A stretch of 63,569 bases of DNA, filler included, from Reclinomonas americana ATCC 50394 (Eukaryota): the NCBI GenBank assembly GCA_048213135.1. It is 4 parts of one record of this genome, joined end to end, with 100 filler letters (N's around TTAATTAATTAA, not from the genome) between each part and the next. Parts side by side here need not be neighbours in the genome. Positions count along the whole stretch, not along the records: positions 25,791 to 52,887 come from PS015074.1; positions 52,988 to 60,493 come from PS015074.1; 2 more parts are not named here. The stretch is one strand, 5' to 3'. This document shows positions 40,318 to 53,118 of the stretch, in pieces. Within the stretch, counting starts at the first letter, position 1; each line of letters begins with the position of its first letter. The position numbers and the translations under genes were made by a program. Under the pieces are notes generated by a model that ran no database searches, had not been told where the DNA came from, and worked only from the letters and a program-made list of their open reading frames with translations.

Positions 40318-42818
40318 TCATGGCATGCCGGCGGAAGACGCCGGCATGTGGGCGGCATTGGCGCCCGACGCACCACTGTTCACCGTGTGGATCGACGTGA
40401 TGATGAGGAACAAGTCGGCAGCGTTGGGGTCGAGTGGGTGCACGAGGGTGCGACCAGAGCACGACAGGAACACCGCGTGATCGGCGGCCACCTGTGTCGG
40501 GTCANNNNNNNNNNNNNNNNNNNNTTCTCCTTGGCCTCGTGCGTCAGCCACGGGGGCGACATGCGCACCACCAGCGGTCCACCACCGTTGATCAAGGTCG
40601 TGGCCACGTCGTAGATGGTGGGCGCGCACGGCAGCGGCAACTCAAAGAGCCTGTGGGTGTGCGCGCGTGGTGAGTATGTGTGGGCAGGTCATCTCCGCAA
40701 CCGTTGCAAGACACACACACAAACGAGACGCAACTGCCTTCCAATTGGGCTGTGCGGGGCCATCATGGAGTGCACCATGGGACTTCCATACAGCATCGTC
40801 GCCGAGCGGTCAATGATCACCGCCATGCCCGAGTGCTCGGCCAGCGACGATTGCACCAGGCCCATCACCGACGATAGATAGTAACCCAGCTGCTGCTGCA
40901 TGACCAGCGTGTACGCCAGGGCGTCGGACTTGGCGTCAACCTCGGCGAGGTTCGGCGGTGCCGCTGCCNNNNNNNNNNNNNNNNNNNNNNNNNNNNNNNN
41001 NNNNNNNNNNNNNNNNNNNNNNNNNNNNNNNNNNNNNNNNNNNNNGCCGACGATTGTTGTTGCAGCTTGCTCGATGTGAACGAGGAGGAGGAGGAGGAGG
41101 TGGTGGTGACCGCAGCCGGTGGTGGATGTGGTGGCAAAGACGGCGCCGGCATCGCACATGCGCCAGTCATTGCGGGTGCGCCATGCGCCTTGCCGCTCAC
41201 AGACAGTGGTGGTGGTGGTGGTTGTGGTGGTTGCGGTGGTGGCGCTCTCCACGAGGGTGCAGATTGCTTTCCCGCCGCCGCCGCCGATACCGATTGCAAT
41301 GTGCTCGCTGTCGACGGCGTCGATGGTGTTGCGCCCATCAGCGCTGCCGCCGCAGCGGCCCACGCAGAGCTGCCATGCGGAGTGTTGGGGACGCTGACAT
41401 AACAATACGGAGCAAAATTAGAAGCAAAATCAAACGGAGTCTTTCACCCGGTCGCTTTTCACATACCTTCTGGTTTGTCCACCACCGTGGCTGGCGGCCT
41501 GCAAGTAGGCGGCGTAGCCACTGTTGGGGTTGGCCAGGCTGGCAGCGGCGGCGGCCGCATCTTGCCAGTCGCACACTGACGTGGGAGTGGCGGCCTGAGA
41601 TGACCGCGAGGACGACGACAGCGAGGAGGTGGGTGTCGGTGTCGCGGTCGGAAATGTGAACCCAGATACCGGGTGCACAGGCATGAATAGCGACGGTGAC
41701 TGCTGTCGAGACTGCGGCACGGGCGGCGCTGGTGGGCACAATATCGCCGGGTAATGATGCGGTGGAGGTGGGTGAGCAGGAGGAGGTTGTCCGTGCAAGC
41801 TGGCCACGTGCTGCTGCTGCGGAAACTGCATCTGCAGCGGGGAGGCGCGGTGATGCCTGTCCTGCAGTTGCGCCACCTGGCTCCGCATGTATGTGCATTC
41901 CCTTGCAATTGCCTGCACCACGCGCGGAGGCAGCGGTGGCGGGAGTGGCGTGTTGGTGTCGCTGTTGTCACTGAGGTCGTCGGCTTCGGAGTTGCCCGAG
42001 GACGACGACGGCGCCGGCAACCTCTGCGGTGGGCTCTGCCCGTGCACCCGCAGGTTCTTGCGCTCACGCGCGCGTCGGTTTTGCATCCACACGTTCACCA
42101 CCTTCCTGTTTATGTGTGTTTGCACAGAGTCGAACAAAGTGAATACGACAAGTGTCCTCCACGCGACCTCTGACAAACACGGTCGAATCCGACCACGCAC
42201 CATGACGTACACAGGCGGTCGGCCAGCATCTGCTTGTGCGCTCGAGATGGGTACGGGTTGATGCGAAATTGCTCCTCCAGAACGACCGTCTATGCGTGCG
42301 CACGAATGTTAGGGCGGAGAGTCGAATTGTGTTTCGCTAAAACTCCAAACGGAAGAGAGAGTACATGTGCGTCAAGGAGGGGGAAAGACGATGCGAGGAT
42401 ATGTGCGCATATAAAAACAAAGACCACACGCACAACGCCAAGATGCAGTGATATGAAAACCCTCAACGGCATGCACGACCAATTGTGCGGCACGATTTTT
42501 TCCTCTGCTTTTAAGCGTGGTGGGTGATATATCTCCCTTTGGAAGGTGGTTATCAAACAGATTCGCCGCCACATTCACAACACAGGAAATGCACAGCATG
42601 GAGTGAGAAGTGAGTGCAAGTGTGTGTGTGCAGGTGCGTGTGTGGATGAATGCAAATATATGTGTGAAAAAGTGCGTGCAAGATGCGATAGTTGTCAATG
42701 TCGAAACAGGTCGTGGAAAACTTACCTCTCTGCGTGTGATACGTCGATTAGTGGCGCATGACTCGCCACCGCGACTTCCTCCACAGTCCTCTTCGCCGCC
42801 GCCCATGTCAGGGTCCAT
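40318..42818 (-). CDS. Homeodomain transcription factor with a C-terminal PAS-like domain
   Basis: Spliced homeodomain NRRITRRE|TVVLEEQFRINPYPSRAHKQMLADRLCTSWKVVNVWMQNRRARERK has correct 60-aa spacing; Pro/Gln/Ser linker; C-terminal MAVIIDRSATMLYGSP...IGRQLFEL. Confidence 0.85.
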
Positions 42819-44175
42819 GCGTGCGCGTGACACTCTCACTGGCGTTGCTGTCGTTGTTGTCTGTCACTCTGGCAGCCACTCGCACACAGTGCCACGCACA
42901 CGCACTCACTCACTCGCACGCACACAGAGACGAGAGCGAAGGAAGCAAAAAGAGAGAGAGAGAGAAGGGGAGAGAGAAAACAAAACTCAGAAAACAGAGC
43001 GCGTTCTGCTCTCCACGACGACCTTTTCAAACTTGGTGTGTTCGAGTTTCTCTTCTTTTTATGGTGAATCTGCACAAAGTCTCACACTTTCCAATTCTGA
43101 ACCTTATATCGCCGTGTATGGCTGCATGAAGCATGCAACTGGTTTCGCTCACAAGCAAGGAAAGATGCCGAGCTCATCCGCATGCACCAGCGAGTTGTTG
43201 GTGGGCGCTTCTGTGTGGTCCTGCGACAAGTTGATTTCGTCCGCATTTGGACGCGGATGGCAATTGTGTGTTCGCAAGGGCGTTTTAGGACGACTATCTG
43301 CGCTGGCCGCCCGTGACACAGAGCAGAGACGAATCGCACGAGGCGGGACCAGGGGGAAATCGCGCGTGCGTGACAGAGTAATGATGCATGCAGGCGAACG
43401 CGCAGCGCTGCAGCGCGCGCATCACGCTTTGAATATATCTGATCTCCGCGATATCACGCATATATACGACACATTACTAGCCGGCTGGTATGTGGCACTG
43501 AAACAGTGAACGTCACTGCACGCTGCGACATGACACCACGAAACTACCCCGCCAGCCACTGTACCATGTGCAATCTCCGCGATCGAGTCCAATCGCCGAT
43601 CGCGAGATGTACACCGGTACCAATTCGAATTCGAACACACGCCGGCGCCGGCGCGCTCGATCTGCGGCATGCGCTGCATCAACATCTCGTGATCGTCTGG
43701 AAACCGGAAAACCCGAGGAGTGTTGTCGTGAACACTGAACCAACACACCTATTCACATCCATGTGCAATGTCCGTTCGTCTGGAAATCCTGTGCATGTAA
43801 TATTCAAGATCCGGATTGTGGTCGTGTTCGTGTCGCGATCGCCCCGCTTGGCCACACTCGCACGGCATATAACCCGTGTTTGCAGCGCACAGCTGTACGA
43901 ACGCTCTCTCGTGTCCGTCGAGCGCGCGTGCGCGCGACAACGACGACGACCGTTTCCTCCTGACACGAATTCGAATGAGGCACGTGCACAGACGAATGCG
44001 GCAGCGCAAATTGCAAACGGCAACAACATCCCGAAAGCAGTCGACACTCGTCTCACACATTACTGAAACTCGTGCATGTGCAACCAGCGGTACGGGCAGC
44101 CACGGTGTTGGTTTCCCCAAACACGCTTGCATTTACGACGGTTTTCCCGCGTTCGTCGATCTCTCATCATCATCG

Positions 44176-45503
44176 ATGGGAGACATCGTCACACTGGTGT
44201 GTCCTCACTCATCGCCCTCCACTTCCCTCACTCTCACTCACTCTCTCTCACTCCGCCACACAGGAGGGCATCATTGTGCACCACCGCGTCTTCTCCAAAA
44301 AGCTCTGCTTCCTCGACCTGCTCTCCGCCCCCGATGCCTCCCTCGTCGAGGTCGTCTGTCGCAGCGACACGTGCAATGCCGAGTGCATGGACACTGCACA
44401 TCGTGTGGTGCGTCGCGGAGATCAAATCAGCGTGCGAGGCGCATGGGCGGCGGAGCATGATGAACTCCGCTGCGTCCACCTCGAGCGACTGTCCACGACG
44501 ACGCATGCAGCACACATCGTTGCTGTTGCTCGCCACTGCGACGACGATGATGATGATGATGATGATGATCGATTGTGCAAGTTTCACTTGTTGACGGGTT
44601 CGTGTTTGCGTGGCGACGAGGCGTGTCCGCGGCGGCATGTGCAGGACGCAGAGGAGCGTGCGGCGTTGCGTGCGACGTGGGTGGCGGCGCGGCGCGAGCG
44701 ACGTCGCGTGATCGGGCGGGAACGCGTGGCAGCTGCGCGCGTGGAACGCTGGTCATCGGCGACAAGTGACGATGATGGAGTGTGGAATCATTCGCGTCGT
44801 GCACGTGTCTTTGTCGACTGGTTGCTGGAGTGTGTGGGCGTGGTGAAGCTGCGGAGGGGCACTGGAGTGGTGGATGTCGCGGGAGGGCGAGGCGATGTGT
44901 CGTTCGAGTTGTGGAGTCACGGCGTTCCGTCGACCTTGGTGGATCCGGTGCGTTGGCGTTAGGAGCGCAGTGTGTCGTGCGTGCGAGTGTCCTCACGTCT
45001 CGTGCAAGCAGCGTCCGCGGGTGCTTCGCTCGCATCAGCGGCGTGCTCTGCGACGGCAGTCGGCGGAGCCACCGCCACAGATCCTCTCCATTTTCGAGTA
45101 CCCGCCGGGTTCGCTGGCCGGCGATGCCTCGTTGCAGTCGGCGGTGGCGGCGGTGGCGGATTCGGCGGCGCAGCTGGAGGCAGTGTTGGCCGTCTGCTCG
45201 TGTCTCGTGGGCATGCATCCGGATCAGGCCACCGATGGCATTGTGGAGTGGGCGCTCGATCATCGCCGGCCGTTTGCAGTGTTGCCGTGCTGCGTGTATC
45301 CGCACTTGTTTGCCCATCGTCGGGGACCCACTGGCGCGCCGGTGGTGGAGACCGAGCAGCTGATCGAGTTCCTCATGGCCAAGCATCCGGACATTCGGCA
45401 GGTCGCGCTGCCGTTTGACGGGCAGAATCGCGTCGTCTACTGGCTGCCGGAGGACGACGACGACGATGGTGGTGGTGGCGGAGAATCGTCGTCCTCTGTC
45501 TGA
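44176..45503 (+). CDS. OB-fold + CCCH zinc finger + class I methyltransferase-like protein (putative RNA methyltransferase)
   Basis: TLEGIIVHHRVFSKKLCFLDL...RRGDQISVRG (anticodon-binding-type OB fold); LCKFHLLTGSCLRGDEACPRRH; VVDVAGGRGDVS, LVDPR, GMHPDQAT, FAVLPCC. Confidence 0.8.
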
Positions 45504-45644
45504 CGGGAGAAAGCACATCGTCCACGCGGAGCCGCGTGTCGCCAGCGTCTCTGTCGTTTGTCTGCTGCCGAGTACGCACAGACAATCCACGCTCTCTGCC
45601 TCCGCCACTCCGACCCTGCTTCCCCCCCTCCCTCTTCCGCCACC

Positions 45645-46878
45645 ATGATCACCATGTGGGTGGTGTTCCTGGCGCCGTGGTTGATTGCCCTGACCGCCAT
45701 GGTGATCTACCGCCTGTTCATTCTGCCGCCGCCGCGCGGCACCAGCCACGAAGAATTCCGTGCGCAGAGTGCCGAAGCTGTCGAGTTTGCGCGGGCGGTG
45801 AGTGCGTGTGTGCCCTTGCAGCATACCAGGTACACTGAACAGAGTGAATACCACAGCGTGGCTGTTTCCGGCGCGACTTGCTGTACGTGTTTGTGATGCC
45901 TCCGCTTTTTGATATTCCCGGCTCCGTGTCACCCTCGTGCCTCGCCCTCATGGCGTGGCTCTCCATGAGTCGCATTCCGTACGAGCCTGTGTTGCGTCCC
46001 TCCTCCTCTTCTCCACCCCAGTGCGTTCTATCTAGTCTCGACTTCGACACTCAATTCTCCGCACACAGGGAGATTATGACCACACGCGTCAGCCCGACAC
46101 TGACGCTGCCGTTCATCGTGCTCAACGACCGCGCCATTGGCGACACGGAGGCCATTATGGAGTTCTTGCGCCACGAGTTCCCCGATTCCAATCCCGACGC
46201 CAACCTGTTGCCGACACAAAAGGCCGTCTCTCACTTTATCTACCGCACCTGCGAGGTTCTTCCGTGTAAGCGAGAAAGAATTTTCTCTCACTCTCACACA
46301 CTCATCGGCCGCGTGTTGAGTTGCACAGGATCACTTGCGGCGAGGCCTCCAATTTTCCAGATACATGGTCCCCGAGGCCTTTGTTGCGTGCCTCTCCCTC
46401 TCCTCTCACACCGCTGGTGTAGGTTATCCGTTCTCATCTGGTGGCAGGACGTGATGAAGGAGCACCTGTTCCGCCCGCGAATGGCGGCGATTACGGCCAC
46501 CGTCATGTCGCGGTGGAAGCGACGCCGCCTATACAACAAGCTGTCACACTGCGGCGACATGAACAACACCGAGGACAGGTTCTGGTCGTCGGTACGCGCT
46601 CGTGCAGCATTGCCTTTTTCCCCTTTCAGAAAACTGACGACAACAACTGGCACGCACAGATGATTGCCGATATTGACGCTTTCTCCGCCACACTGGCCGA
46701 CAAGGAGTTCTTCCTCGGCCAGCCGGGCCCGACCACGGCCGACGCAGTCGCCTTTGGCTACCTCGCACAGCTGGTCTCCGAGGCCTCGTACCTCGACGAT
46801 CCGCTGCACAAGCGCGTGCTGGAGTTCCCGAACCTCGTGCACTTTGTGCATCGCATGCGCGACCACTGTCACTTGTGA
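45645..46878 (+). CDS. Metaxin/FAX-like GST-fold protein with N-terminal membrane anchor
   Basis: SVSPSCLALMAWL...IPYE, SP..TLPFIVLND..IGDT..I..FL, LADKEFFLGQ..PTTADAVAFGYLAQ, FPNLVHFVHRM. Confidence 0.85.
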
Positions 46879-47554
46879 GGCGAATGATGGGGCACCGGGG
46901 GCAAGTCGAATACACAAGAACGACGTCGCTATACAGCTGATTATTGACATGAAGGCATCCAAAGAGTCGATCGATACTCACAACCTGTGACNNNNNNNNN
47001 NNNNNNNNNNNNNNNNNNNNNNNNNNNNNNNNNNNNNNNNNNNNNNNNNNNNNNNNNNNNNNNNNNNNNNNNNNNNNNNNNNNNNNNNNNNNNNNNNNNN
47101 NNNNNNNNNNNNNNNNNNNNNNNNNNNNNNNNNNNNNNNNNNNNNNNNNNNNNNNNNNNNNNNNNNNNNNNNNNNNNNNNNNNNNNNNNNNNNNNNNNNN
47201 NNNNNNNNNNNNNNNNNNNNNNNNNNNNNNNNNNNNNNNNNNNNNNNNNNNNNNNNNNNNNNNNNNNNNNNNNNNNNNNNNNNNNNNNNNNNNNNNNNNN
47301 NNNNNNNNNNNNNNNNNNNNNNNNNNNNNNNNNNNNNNNNNNNNNNNNNNNNNNNNNNNNNNNNNNNNNNNNNNNNNNNNNNNNNNNNNNNNNNNNNNNN
47401 NNNNNNNNNNNNNNNNNNNNNNNNNNNNNNNNNNNNNNNNNNNNNNNNNNNNNNNNNNNNNNNNNNNNNNNNNNNNNNNNNNNNNNNNNNNNNNNNNNNN
47501 NNNNNNNNNNNNNNNNNNNNNNNNNNNNNNNNNNNNNNNNNNNNNNNNNNNNNN

Positions 47555-48052
47555 GCACCCATCCACGCCAGCATCGCCGGCGGATCAATGAAGAACCACT
47601 GCCCCTGCTGCGGCTCATTGTTTGGCATGATCGAGCTCGGCTCCTCCGCCCCTCGCACGATCCCGACCACTTCCACCTCCTGTTGCGGATCCGGCACCAA
47701 TCCCGCACTCTGTCGAGCCTCCAGTCGCTCCAACGAGCGCGGAACCCATCCACGATTCACCAGCACAATGTTGCTGCGCGTTGCTGAGCAAGACAGTGCA
47801 CACAGGGAGGATGGAAAGACAGTGAACAAGCCGCAGACCCTGACTGTGTTCTGAAAGGCGCCAGGATCCAGTGACCAGCACGAGGAGACGAGGGTCCTTT
47901 GATGGACTGCTCGGGGGCACTGCGTGGGCCTACAGCGACTTCGCGATCCGGAGCCAGAAAGTGCCCGCGGAGATGGATTTGTTGCCAGAGACAACTCGGA
48001 TTTCCACTGTCACAGCGCACAGTGAGAGGAGAGAGGAGAGAGAGAGAGAGAG

Positions 48053-48136
<84 letters not shown>

Positions 48137-48138
48137 GT
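47555..48138 (-). CDS. SURF1: SURF1/Shy1 internal exons on an inverted, gap-bounded contig
   Basis: LRGHF....EVAVGPR, GHWILAPF, IVLVNRGWVP, VEVVGIVR, PNNEPQQGQWFFID. Confidence 0.85.
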
Positions 48139-48434
48139 NNNNNNNNNNNNNNNNNNNNNNNNNNNNNNNNNNNNNNNNNNNNNNNNNNNNNNNNNNNNNN
48201 NNNNNNNNNNNNNNNNNNNNNNNNNNNNNNNNNNNNNNNNNNNNNNNNNNNNNNNNNNNNNNNNNNNNNNNNNNNNNNNNNNNNNNNNNNNNNNNNNNNN
48301 NNNNNNNNNNNNNNNNNNNNNNNNNNNNNNNNNNNNNNNNNNNNNNNNNNNNNNNNNNNNNNNNNNNNNNNNNNNNNNNNNNNNNNNNNNNNNNNNNNNN
48401 NNNNNNNNNNNNNNNNNNNNNNNNNNNNNNNNNN

Positions 48435-48764
48435 ACCGAAGCAGCTGGAGTTGTTTGTTGGTTGCGTTTTTTGTTCTTCGTAAAACAGCAGCGAGGCGAG
48501 TTTGCCGACTGTTTGTGTGTGGCAGATGCCATTCAGGCGCCGCGTGTGGGCTCGCTGCCGTACCTCAAGTCGCCGGATGAGTTCACCGACTTTTACGTGT
48601 CACCCACGAAGCATCTCATCTACGCCACTACCTGGTGCGTGCACACACTGTCGTGACAATTATCGTCGCCACTCACACATTTGTGTGCCTGCAGGCTTGG
48701 TCTGAGCGCGTGCCTGGCCATTGCAGCGTTCGTCAAGTTGCGAAGAGGCCGTGGCCTTTCATGA
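48435..48764 (+). CDS. SURF1: SURF1/Shy1 3' exons
   Basis: LFV|DA...KHLIYATTW|LGLSACLAIAAFV matches the SURF1 H..Y..TW..LS C-terminal helix. Confidence 0.8.
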
Positions 48765-48852
48765 GCCCTGTGCACGCCATCCCTCCCTCCCTCTCTTTTC
48801 TCCCGTTGACTGACCGTGACGGAGCACGCAATGAACTTGTGTTATGCGAAGT

Positions 48853-51728
48853 TTATGAGCCCTTGGGTTGCACAGAGAGGCGAGTGCGATGGACGACGAG
48901 TGGGTGCTTGCGAATGCCGTGCGCAAACACACGACCGGTCTCTGGCCACTCGTCCGTGGTCCGCACAAAGTCCAACAATCCTTCGCGATTGCTCGGCTGC
49001 GCACAAAAAAGTGAGTGTCGGGGTGAAGTGAGCAGGAGGCGCGCGCGACTCACCTGCGACGACGACACACTCGATTCGTGCGCCCCCGCCACCAGCACCC
49101 ACACCACCACCGTGTACTCGCCAACAACGGACAGCGTCAGAGGGCACGACTGGGAGAAGCTGTGGTCGTCGGGCGAGACGGCCAGGAAGAAGCGTTGTGG
49201 TGGTGGCAGCGCAGCGGGCGGAATTGACGAGTTCTCCACATTGACACGCAGCTCAACGTGCTCCACTTGCGCCACACCTGCGGCAGAGGGGCAGGGAGAG
49301 AGGAAAAGTGAGACTGCTGTCGATGCGCCACTACGTGTGATGAGCCCGCAACTTCGCGCTGGTCCCTCGACCACCCCGGAGACGTGCAGCGGGAAGATGG
49401 CATGCACATCGACCGCTGCCGACGGTTTGTTCTTTCTCGGCTTGGGACTGACATCAAGCTGGGCGGGAGGGGAGGAAAAGGGTCATACACCATGCTTACT
49501 ACTGATTGGAGCACACACACGGGAGGCGTACCTTGACGGCGGCCCGTGGTGCCGTGACGAGCAAGTATCGTGGCAGGCGAATACCGAGACATTGTACACG
49601 CGCAATGACCGCCTCCAAGGCTTCCACAGCACATGCCAGTTCATCCTTTTTGTTGCGTGGTGGGTGAGCGACAAAATGCAAACTATCGTCACAAAGAGAA
49701 TCTCACCTGTGGGTCCGCAAGCGCCCTCAACTGCTCCGGGATCCCGAGTTGCACGAGCGACACCAACTCGGCAACCGCCTCGGCGGGTGCCGCGTGGCGC
49801 AGGGGCAGTGTGTCGGCAAAGAGCGGGGCGTCGGGAACCACCAGACGCTCGTACAACGTCAGCACCCCGGTCACACCACTGGTATCGACGGTCAGCATGC
49901 AGGTGGGAAACACAACACAGCGAGGCATGCACACAACTCGTGAGCTCGTGCCTCGACAAACGACACCATTCTCCACACCAGATCTAACGCCGACTCCCAC
50001 CTGTGTTGACCACTCGCTTCAGCAAACAGAGAAACAGAAGAAAACCCACTTGGAATCACGCAACGTCTGCAGGCACACCACCGACACGGCGTCCATGTCG
50101 ACAAAGCCAGCCGAGAGCGCGGCGAAGCGGTCTCGCAGAGTGGCCACTTGGTCCTTCCAGCCGGCACTCGAGGCCACGCACTCGTCCACCATCCACAGAC
50201 GATCACTCAGCGGATGATTGAGCAGGCTGCCGAGTTGTGCGTGGATACCCGCCAGCGTGAGACACACGTCGCCGTAGATCTCCACAAACCGCTTCTGGAA
50301 TCGCAACCCGTCGGTCGACGGGCGGCACACCTGCGTGGCGGTGCTGCGTGAGCAATGTAGCTGGGCGAGAGAATACGAGGGTGAAGAAAACTCACATGCA
50401 GCTGTTCTTGTGCGCGCAGCAGGTGGTGCGCGCTGTCGAGCAGACTCCACTCGCCTGCTGACTCCGCCGCTCGTTCCACCTCCTGCTCGAAGGAGCACAA
50501 GTGCATCAGGCACGTCATCCAGGCCAGTACGATTTCCGACTCGACCTGCGCACCCACGCAGTGTGAGCGGAGGCACGGCAGAACAGAGAGTCGTGTGATC
50601 GACGGGATGAGAGGCACGTGCCTTCTTCTCTACCACGCCACGCAAGAGCTCGGCAGCCGGTCCAACAAATCCCTCGCAGACACACTCGCGCACCAGCATG
50701 TACACACGCCAGGAGTCGCCGCTGTCGAGTAATCTTCGGCCGGCGTCACACACCGCCAACGCCACTGGCGCGTGCTCGCCACGCGAACTCGTACGCAGCG
50801 CAAAGCGACACGCTCGATACTGTGGAAAGGGCGGGTGAGTGAGCGACAAAAAAGACGGAGCGTGTCTGACGGAGGGAAGGCACACAACAAATACAGTCTC
50901 CGCCTCGCGGGTCACGCACGGCCGGTCGCACACGGCGGCCACGAGGGTGCACAGCAATTCGTCGTTCACGCGCTGCTCTGCCACGGAAACGATTCCGGCG
51001 CGAAGCAGTGCTTCAGAGAATACATGGTGCAGGGCTACAGCGGTGGACTCTGCGCATACGGAGTGAGACTGATGGAGAGACCGAGAGCACACTGACAATG
51101 CGGGTGAACCTTTCAGACTGGTGACAAGGCTCGACACGATGATTCGCAGCACGTCGGCATGCAGCGAAGAATCCTGCACGCCGCGTCTGTCCCACACCAT
51201 AATGTGAGCAGATGGAATATGGAAAGAGAGTGGGAGACGAAAAAGGCAACGCACTGGAGCACGGACTGCAACGTGGAGACGACATGCCGAACGGCTTGTA
51301 ACCGGCGAGATTGTGATGATGTTCGCCGGCCATCATCATCGTCATCCTCCTCGCCAGCAGTCTTCTGACGGCGCCGGCTGCCACTCGCCACACGGCCTGA
51401 CGACGCGCCATCTCCGTCAACAGCATCGCCATCCACATCCATTAGTCTCGCGTCCTCGTCGTCTTCTGCCACAGCATCGGACCCACTCGCCGCGGTGCTG
51501 TCGGTCACCAGCAGGAGCAGTGAGCGCTCACACTGCGTCACAATCCACGAATCGTCGCGATCGCCAGTGGTGCACTCGGCGAGTAATCGCAAACTCAGCG
51601 AGGCGACCAGCGTGTTGTCGTGTTCCAGCGTGGTGGTCAGTGTCTGCTGGGGGAAGACGAAGGAGGAAGAGAAAGGGAGAGAGAGATAAAGTGAGAAGGG
51701 CACAATGGGAAGGAAGGGAGGGAGAGGA

Positions 51729-51765
<37 letters not shown>

Positions 51766-51785
51766 CAGAGAGAGAGAGAGACAGA

Positions 51786-51864
<79 letters not shown>

Positions 51865-52112
51865 GACANNNNNNNNNNNNNNNNNNNNNNNNNNNNNNNN
51901 NNNNNNNNNNNNNNNNNNNNNNNNNNNNNNNNNNNNNNNNNNNNNNNNNNNNNNNNNNNNNNNNNNNNNNNNNNNNNNNNNNNNNNNNNNNNNNNNNNNN
52001 NNNNNNNNNNNNNNNNNNNNNNNNNNNNNNNNNNNNNNNNNNNNNNNNNNNNNNNNNNNNNNNNNNNNNNNNNNNNNNNNNNNNNNNNNNNNNNNNNNNN
52101 NNNNNNNNGAGA

Positions 52113-52146
<34 letters not shown>

Positions 52147-52887
52147 CAGAGAGAGTGAGAAGAGAGAAAGTGAGACGACACAATGTGAAAGCAGATATGG
52201 AGGGGTGGAGAGAGGAAGGAGCAGAAAGGGAGCGAGAGAGAGGGCGAGAAGTGAGACAGACACAATGAGAATGGTGACATTGAGAGAGACAAGGAGAATG
52301 GACAGAGAGAACAACAGTCGATCATCTCACTTCTCTTCCCCGTCATATCTCTCTTGCTCGCTCTCTGCATTTCTCTCTCCCTCTCACACATCACCTCCTG
52401 CAGCTGCGCAAGTTGGGCGGCGGTCGCCCGCGGTTCCGCCACATGCAACGTGTGTCGACTGAGTGCATACAGTGTGGCCAGCGTCGACTCGATCACCGGC
52501 GCTTCCGCATCGGACGACAGCAGAGCCAAGAACGGCTGCACACACACACACACACACGCCAGCAGAACGAGTGAGTGAGTCAATCAACAGCACCTGTTCG
52601 TGCGCTGACGAGCTCACCGACAGCGGCACGGAGACGCCGGGTAGACAGAGCGACGGCACCAGTCGCCTCACACAACGAAGCGCCGCCAGCACCACTGGCG
52701 TGCGCACATCATCCTGCAGCGCCGACAATTGCATGCGAACCACAGCGTCCAACACGGTGGGCGCACGCAACCCGAGCTCCGCCGCCGTGGCCAACCAGGC
52801 CACCTTCAACGCCGTGCTGGCCGCCATCAACAGCCCCTCTCCCTTGCGACCGGCCACACACTGCACGACACGCGCAGCGTGCACACT
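48853..52887 (-). CDS. INTS7: Integrator complex subunit 7, 5'-truncated
   Basis: DSWRVYMLVRE...VESE...W...L...EQ, LRFQKRFVEI, FVDMDAVSV, LPRYLL...VKLDVSPKPR, LHVSGVV and DHSFSQSCPLTLSVVGEYTVVV occur in the order of the conserved INTS7 blocks. Confidence 0.82.
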
Positions 52888-52931
52888 NNNNNNNNNNNNN
52901 NNNNNNNNNNNNNNNNNNNNNNNNNNNNNNN

Positions 52932-52943
52932 TTAATTAATTAA
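52932..52943. other. Artificial six-frame-stop scaffolding linker
   Basis: TTAATTAATTAA between N runs. Confidence 0.95.
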
Positions 52944-52987
52944 NNNNNNNNNNNNNNNNNNNNNNNNNNNNNNNNNNNNNNNNNNNN

Positions 52988-53063
<76 letters not shown>

Positions 53064-53118
53064 TCCATTCCCCCGCTTCTATTCTCCGCCTCCATCATCT
53101 CACTTTGCCCGCACACAG

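Noticed and set aside
42830-44160. Several 100-300 aa ORFs and many short palindromes between the homeobox and methyltransferase genes
   Set aside because: No recognisable domain, exon structure, RNA motif or terminal repeats; treated as a divergent promoter/intergenic region.
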